Source: Alphaproteobacteria bacterium (lineage in GTDB: Bacteria > Pseudomonadota > Alphaproteobacteria > GCA-2731375). Taken from it: DNA of 64,000 bases. Positions 59,935 through 64,000 of this stretch are shown piece after piece (positions within the stretch are counted from its first letter, which is position 1; each line of letters opens with the position of its first letter). The stretch is taken from contig CBDDPY010000002.1 in assembly GCA_965232515.1 (NCBI GenBank), positions 7,200,001 through 7,264,000 on the forward strand, given 5' to 3'. A program made the translations under genes and the position numbers. The notes under the pieces were generated by a model. It was not told where the DNA came from. It ran no database searches and saw nothing but the letters and a program-made list of their open reading frames with translations.

Positions 59935-60140
59935 TGTTTGACGATGCCCGAACTATTGATGGCCGGACGATAGCAGAGTGCGCTGGATTTGAAACGAACT
60001 TTCAACGAAATTCACCCATTTACCGGACAAATTTACCGTAATTACTTCAGGTATTTGTCGCAATTTGGTGAACTGGTAAATGAGATCGGCGCGATGCGCT
60101 GTGACGCCTGAACAATTCGGTCGATTTTCCGACCCTGATG

Positions 60141-61856
60141 TCAGAAAAAGGCGCTCACCGAGACGAACAGCCGGAAGCCCCGTTCACGGTCGTCGCGGTC
60201 GGTGGTTGGCACGCGGGTCAGCGGCCGGGTCAGCTCGATATAGCCGGTCAGCGTCTCGGCGATCGTGGCGCGCGCGCCGAAGCCGGCCGATGCCGCGCTC
60301 TCCTTGACCTGCTTTGGGAATTCGTTGCGCTGCCAGACCGCGCCGATGTCGTAGAAGGCGTAGATCTGCAGGTTCTGCGCGAAATCGGGCGGCGCGGGCT
60401 CGTAGCGCAGCTCCAGCGATCCCGCCAGGCCGTGCGCGCCGAGGATTTCCGAGCTGTCGTAGCCGCGGCCGAAGCTTTCGCCGCCGAAGCCGAATTCCTC
60501 GGACGAGAGCAGCCGGTCGAAGGCGTATTGCCCGCGGCCGGCGGCCTGCAGCGACCAGCCGCGCTGCAGGAACTGAACCCGCGACACGTCGGCCGTGACT
60601 TTCGTGTAGTCGTTGCGGCCGCCTTGGCGGCTGGTCGCCTCGGCATTCGCCGACCGCGCGCCCAGGATGTCCAGACCCCGGCTGAGCTCGGCGCTGGCCC
60701 GGTTGACGCCGAAGAACCGATCGATGCCGTCGTAATCGAGGGCGATGCGCAGGCTGCGGATGCGGTCCTTCGAGATCTGCTCCTGCAGCACGTCTGTTTT
60801 GGAGTTCAGCATATCGAGGCCGGCGCGCAGCCGCAGATTCTGCCGGCGCGAGCGGATGAACGGGTAGCTCAGACCCAGGCGGTAGGTCTCGGACCGGCCC
60901 TCGACCTCCAGCACGTCCAGCGTCGAGCCGGGACGGCTGGTCAGGCGCCCGGCGGACAGCGACAGCGACAGGCCCTCGGCGCCGAGCGGCAGCGATGACG
61001 ACAGTGAGTAAAAGCGGGTCTCGTCGACACCGGGCGTGACCGCGACCTGCGCGCCCAGGGTCTCGTACCAGCCGAACGGCGAATTCAGCGTCGCCGCTGT
61101 CTGCATCTGCTCGGGGCCGTTGAAGCGCGTGCCCCGGTTGTCGCCCTGGACGAAGGCGCCGACGAAATCGTGGCCGACCAGCAGAACCAGATCGGACGCG
61201 CCCGGCACGTCCGGCGAGGGGCGGATCACCGATCGCAGCGCCAGGCCCGGCAGGTCCTGCATCAGCAAGAGATAACGCTCCAGTACGGCGGCCTGCAACG
61301 GACGGCTGGCGACGATCTTTTCGGCATAGGCCTGCAGGATCGCGGCGCGACCACCGAAATCGCCACTCAGCAGCAGCCGGTCGATATAGCCTTCGATGAC
61401 CTGAATGGTGACCGCGCCGCCGACGATGTCCTGCGGCGGCACGATCGCACGGCTCAGGATGTAGCCGTCGCTGCGGTAGCGGACGCTGATCTGATTGGCG
61501 ATGTCGTAGAGTCGGGCGAGCGAGATCTCGCGCCCGAGATCGGCGGCCCAGATCGACTGCAGATCGCCCGGATCGTAGACGGTGGCGCCACGCAGTCGGA
61601 CCTGGTCGAGCACGAAGCGCACGTCCTGGAATTCGGACGGCGCCTCTTCCAGCGGTGTCGTCGGCAGGGCCGGCGGCGGCGCGGCCGGGGGCGCCGGCGG
61701 CTCGAAACGCTGCTGCAGGCGGCCGGGATCGACGCTGCCGGGAAGCTGCTGCGCCATCGCGTCGCCGACGATCAGCAACAGCGACGACAACGCCAGGGTC
61801 AGGCCACCTGCCAGCCGTGAAACCCGTTTACGTCGCTGATACCTGCCGCCTGACAT
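60141..61856 (-). CDS. ShlB/FhaC/HecB family outer-membrane transporter (TpsB)
   Basis: Signal peptide; POTRA segments (YRSDGYILSRAIVPPQ, LERYLLLMQDLPG); DNRG; SSEEFGFGG...GRGYD; FYDIG; terminal F. Confidence 0.95.
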   Translation of the reverse strand: MSGGRYQRRKRVSRLAGGLTLALSSLLLIVGDAMAQQLPGSVDPGRLQQRFEPPAPPAAPPPALPTTPLEEAPSEFQDVRFVLDQVRLRGATVYDPGDLQSIWAADLGREISLARLYDIANQISVRYRSDGYILSRAIVPPQDIVGGAVTIQVIEGYIDRLLLSGDFGGRAAILQAYAEKIVASRPLQAAVLERYLLLMQDLPGLALRSVIRPSPDVPGASDLVLLVGHDFVGAFVQGDNRGTRFNGPEQMQTAATLNSPFGWYETLGAQVAVTPGVDETRFYSLSSSLPLGAEGLSLSLSAGRLTSRPGSTLDVLEVEGRSETYRLGLSYPFIRSRRQNLRLRAGLDMLNSKTDVLQEQISKDRIRSLRIALDYDGIDRFFGVNRASAELSRGLDILGARSANAEATSRQGGRNDYTKVTADVSRVQFLQRGWSLQAAGRGQYAFDRLLSSEEFGFGGESFGRGYDSSEILGAHGLAGSLELRYEPAPPDFAQNLQIYAFYDIGAVWQRNEFPKQVKESAASAGFGARATIAETLTGYIELTRPLTRVPTTDRDDRERGFRLFVSVSAFF

Positions 61857-61952
61857 GACCCCGCCAGAATCACTCCGGGCGGAGGGTACATCCGACGGTG
61901 CCGCTGGTCGATACGTCGATGTGAATGGCCGCTGTTGCCGCGGCGCTGTGAA

Positions 61953-62855
61953 TTAGAGGGCGATACGCAATCCCGGCACGGTCGGGCGGCGCGCGGACGC
62001 GCGCGCTTCCAGCGCCGCGATCAGGTCGCGCAGGAATTTGCGTTCCAGGCTCTGTCGCATGTCGTCGGTGCCGTCGATGACCATGACGAACGCGCCGGGG
62101 CCGCCGGCCACGGAGCTTTCGAAGAAGCCGGCAACATCGCGGCGGTTGCCGAAAACGACGCCGTTGATGGTGTAGCCGGCGCTGAGCGCGCGGTCGCGGG
62201 CTTGCAGCGGCTGCGCGCCGGCATTGTCGGTGCCGTCGCTGCAGATGTTGATCACCGTGTGCGTCGCGGTCAGCGGCGCCGTTGCCGCCAGGCTGGTGCC
62301 GAACTCGATCGCCATCGAGATGTCGGTGCGCGCGTCCGCGAACGGAATCGGAAAGCTTCTGATGGCCCCGTCGTCCTGGCTGCTTTCATAGCCGCTGCGG
62401 TCGATGCGGGGGACGGCGGCAATGGCCTCGGAAACGCGTTTCGCATCCGCGACCGAGGCGATCGTCGTCCAGGGCACGACGACCTCGTAGCGGTTGTCGC
62501 TCGACCAGGTGTAGACGACGAAGCCGACGCGGCCGAAATAGCCCTGTTGCAGCAGCCTCAGGAAGTCGGGATGCATGACGGCGCGCGACAGGCCGGTGAG
62601 CTGCAGCCACTCGTCGTGCCGCGAGATCGAGCCGGATACATCGATTGCCGTGATCAGATTGACATCGGTGCGGCGGCCGGCGTTTTCCGGCGCCCAAAGG
62701 CTGATGGCGTCCGTCGTCGGCGCGACCCGGGTCGCGGCGGTCGCCTGGTAGGCGGAAATCGCAACCAGCGCCGTGGCAAAAATGAAGATCGCGATGACAT
62801 CAGCGGCGGCGGCGCCACGTCGGCCGATGGCCGTCAGTCGGTCGAGCAAGGTCAT
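61953..62855 (-). CDS. DUF1194 / von Willebrand factor A domain exported protein
   Basis: N-terminal hydrophobic segment; MIDAS motif AIDVSGS, TDIS, ICSDG; TING, GGPGAF and RKFLRDL. Confidence 0.8.
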   Translation of the reverse strand: MTLLDRLTAIGRRGAAAADVIAIFIFATALVAISAYQATAATRVAPTTDAISLWAPENAGRRTDVNLITAIDVSGSISRHDEWLQLTGLSRAVMHPDFLRLLQQGYFGRVGFVVYTWSSDNRYEVVVPWTTIASVADAKRVSEAIAAVPRIDRSGYESSQDDGAIRSFPIPFADARTDISMAIEFGTSLAATAPLTATHTVINICSDGTDNAGAQPLQARDRALSAGYTINGVVFGNRRDVAGFFESSVAGGPGAFVMVIDGTDDMRQSLERKFLRDLIAALEARASARRPTVPGLRIAL

Positions 62856-62985
62856 GCTGAGCGTCTCCGATGTTGCATGACGGCAAGCATCGGAGACGCG
62901 TGTTTCCGGGGAATGTCCCGGATTGTTTCAGTGGTTTCTGCGCTTCGGCCGGGTCTGGATCAGTCCGGCCCAGATTCTGACCGTG

Positions 62986-63477
62986 TCAGCGGGCCTGCAA
63001 TTGCAGCCCGGCGATGCCGGCGGCGATGTTGATGCCCTTGATGCCCTCGACGCTGAGCGGCTGTAGCGCGATCGAACGCCCGGATCCGCCGAGCAGCGCA
63101 TTCGCGCCGACACCGAAACCGGCCGCCACGTCGGCGGCGATTCCGGCGAACTTGCCGGACAGCGCGCCCGGACCGATGTCCGATGACGGGGCGATAACGG
63201 CCCAGAGGATGACGCCGCTGGACTGATAGCCGATGTCGATGCCGTATTGCGTGATGTTGCCGCGATACTTGTCCTCGCGGCCGCCCGCGTCGGGCACATA
63301 GGTGCATTCAACGTCCCGCGACGACCCGAAAATGAAGCTCAGGTTGCCTTCCACGTCACAGCGCAGAAAGCCGGCCCGAACGCCTTTGTCCTGTGCGACC
63401 GCGAAGTCCGCCATCAGCAGGCAAAATCCAAAAAGTGCGGCGGTGGCGGCAATTAGCCGGCTTGGCGCATGTGTCAT
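62986..63477 (-). CDS. DUF992 family exported protein
   Basis: Signal peptide; GFLRC, FGSSRDVECTY, GVGANALLGG and IALQPLSVEG. Confidence 0.88.
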   Translation of the reverse strand: MTHAPSRLIAATAALFGFCLLMADFAVAQDKGVRAGFLRCDVEGNLSFIFGSSRDVECTYVPDAGGREDKYRGNITQYGIDIGYQSSGVILWAVIAPSSDIGPGALSGKFAGIAADVAAGFGVGANALLGGSGRSIALQPLSVEGIKGINIAAGIAGLQLQAR

Positions 63478-63577
63478 GTCAACACTCCTTCATTTTTTCG
63501 ACGCTCCGGCGGCGACGCGCGCGGCGAACGGCGGCGGTCAGCCGTCAGATTTTGCATCCGGGGTTTCGATGCGCGAG

Positions 63578-63943
63578 CTAGCCGGCGGTTACACTGATCT
63601 CGTCGACTTTGCCGGCATAGAAAGCGAGGTGGTCTTTGATCTCGGCAACGGCGGGAAACGGCGCCTCATAGCTCCAGACCGCGTTGTCCGCCGTCTTGCC
63701 GTCCACATCGATGGTCCAATAGGCGGCGTCGCCCTTGTAGGGGCAATGAGTCGAATGCTCGGTGCGCTTCAGCGCGCTCATATCGACATCGCCGCGGGGA
63801 ATGTAATGGACGATGGGGTAGCTGGCCTCTTTCATACTCTGCGCCTCGACCGTGTCGGCGATCACCTTGCCGTTGAAGGACACGGTCACGCGCGCGCTGC
63901 TGGCGTCGATGCTGATGGGATGGTCGGGCCCTGGGATCTTCAT
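63578..63943 (-). CDS. DUF427 family protein
   Basis: KIPGPDHPI, EASYP, THCPYKGDAAYW, AVWSYEAP and IKDHLAFY. RBS GGGGGAG. Confidence 0.92.
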   Translation of the reverse strand: MKIPGPDHPISIDASSARVTVSFNGKVIADTVEAQSMKEASYPIVHYIPRGDVDMSALKRTEHSTHCPYKGDAAYWTIDVDGKTADNAVWSYEAPFPAVAEIKDHLAFYAGKVDEISVTAG

Positions 63944-64000
63944 CGTCTCCCCCTGCTGCTGTCCGTTGAAGTGTGGCGCAAACGGTCTTGACCATGATGA

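Noticed and set aside
54244-61856. Contact-dependent inhibition (CdiBAI) locus
   Set aside because: No VENN or other pre-toxin motif, no toxin-like C-terminus, and only 4 bp after tpsA, so no room for an immunity gene.
63988-64000. TTGAC-CATG-ATGA, possible FNR box upstream of DUF427
   Set aside because: The second half-site mismatches and is cut by the window edge.

Overview
High-GC bacterial chromosomal segment, probably an alphaproteobacterium (inferred from NarR, NnrS, DUF992, DUF1194 and TRAP genes). I saw no rRNA, tRNA, CRISPR array, transposase or prophage gene. Five blocks: (1) 1-16.5 kb, a low-oxygen/nitrate-respiration island (narR, narK1, narK2, narGHJI, PPIase, hemerythrin, nnrS, accessory genes) with five FNR-family boxes; (2) 16.7-26.3 kb, a clpA paralogue without clpS, a porin, and a divergent heme-type TonB receptor / family-5 binding protein / ChaN locus with Fur-like boxes; (3) 26.4-42.5 kb, catabolic genes (IorAB-like molybdoenzyme, pcaF, intradiol dioxygenase, Thr/Cys racemase, SelA-like PLP enzyme, an M20 enzyme with a rebuilt active site, TRAP transporter, sigma54-preceded hydantoinase A/B); (4) 42.6-50.7 kb, a URC-type uracil catabolism operon (Urc1-like, Urc4-like, upp) with a carbohydrate-family ABC importer; (5) 51-64 kb, a signal-peptide TPR-CHAT caspase-fold protease tail-to-tail with a TpsB/TpsA secretion pair, preceded by DUF1194, DUF992 and DUF427 genes. 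The best candidates for an undescribed system are the TpsB-TpsA-exported CHAT protease module and the hydantoinase/URC nitrogen-heterocycle cluster with non-canonical enzymes. All family calls come from motif recognition by eye, not database searches.
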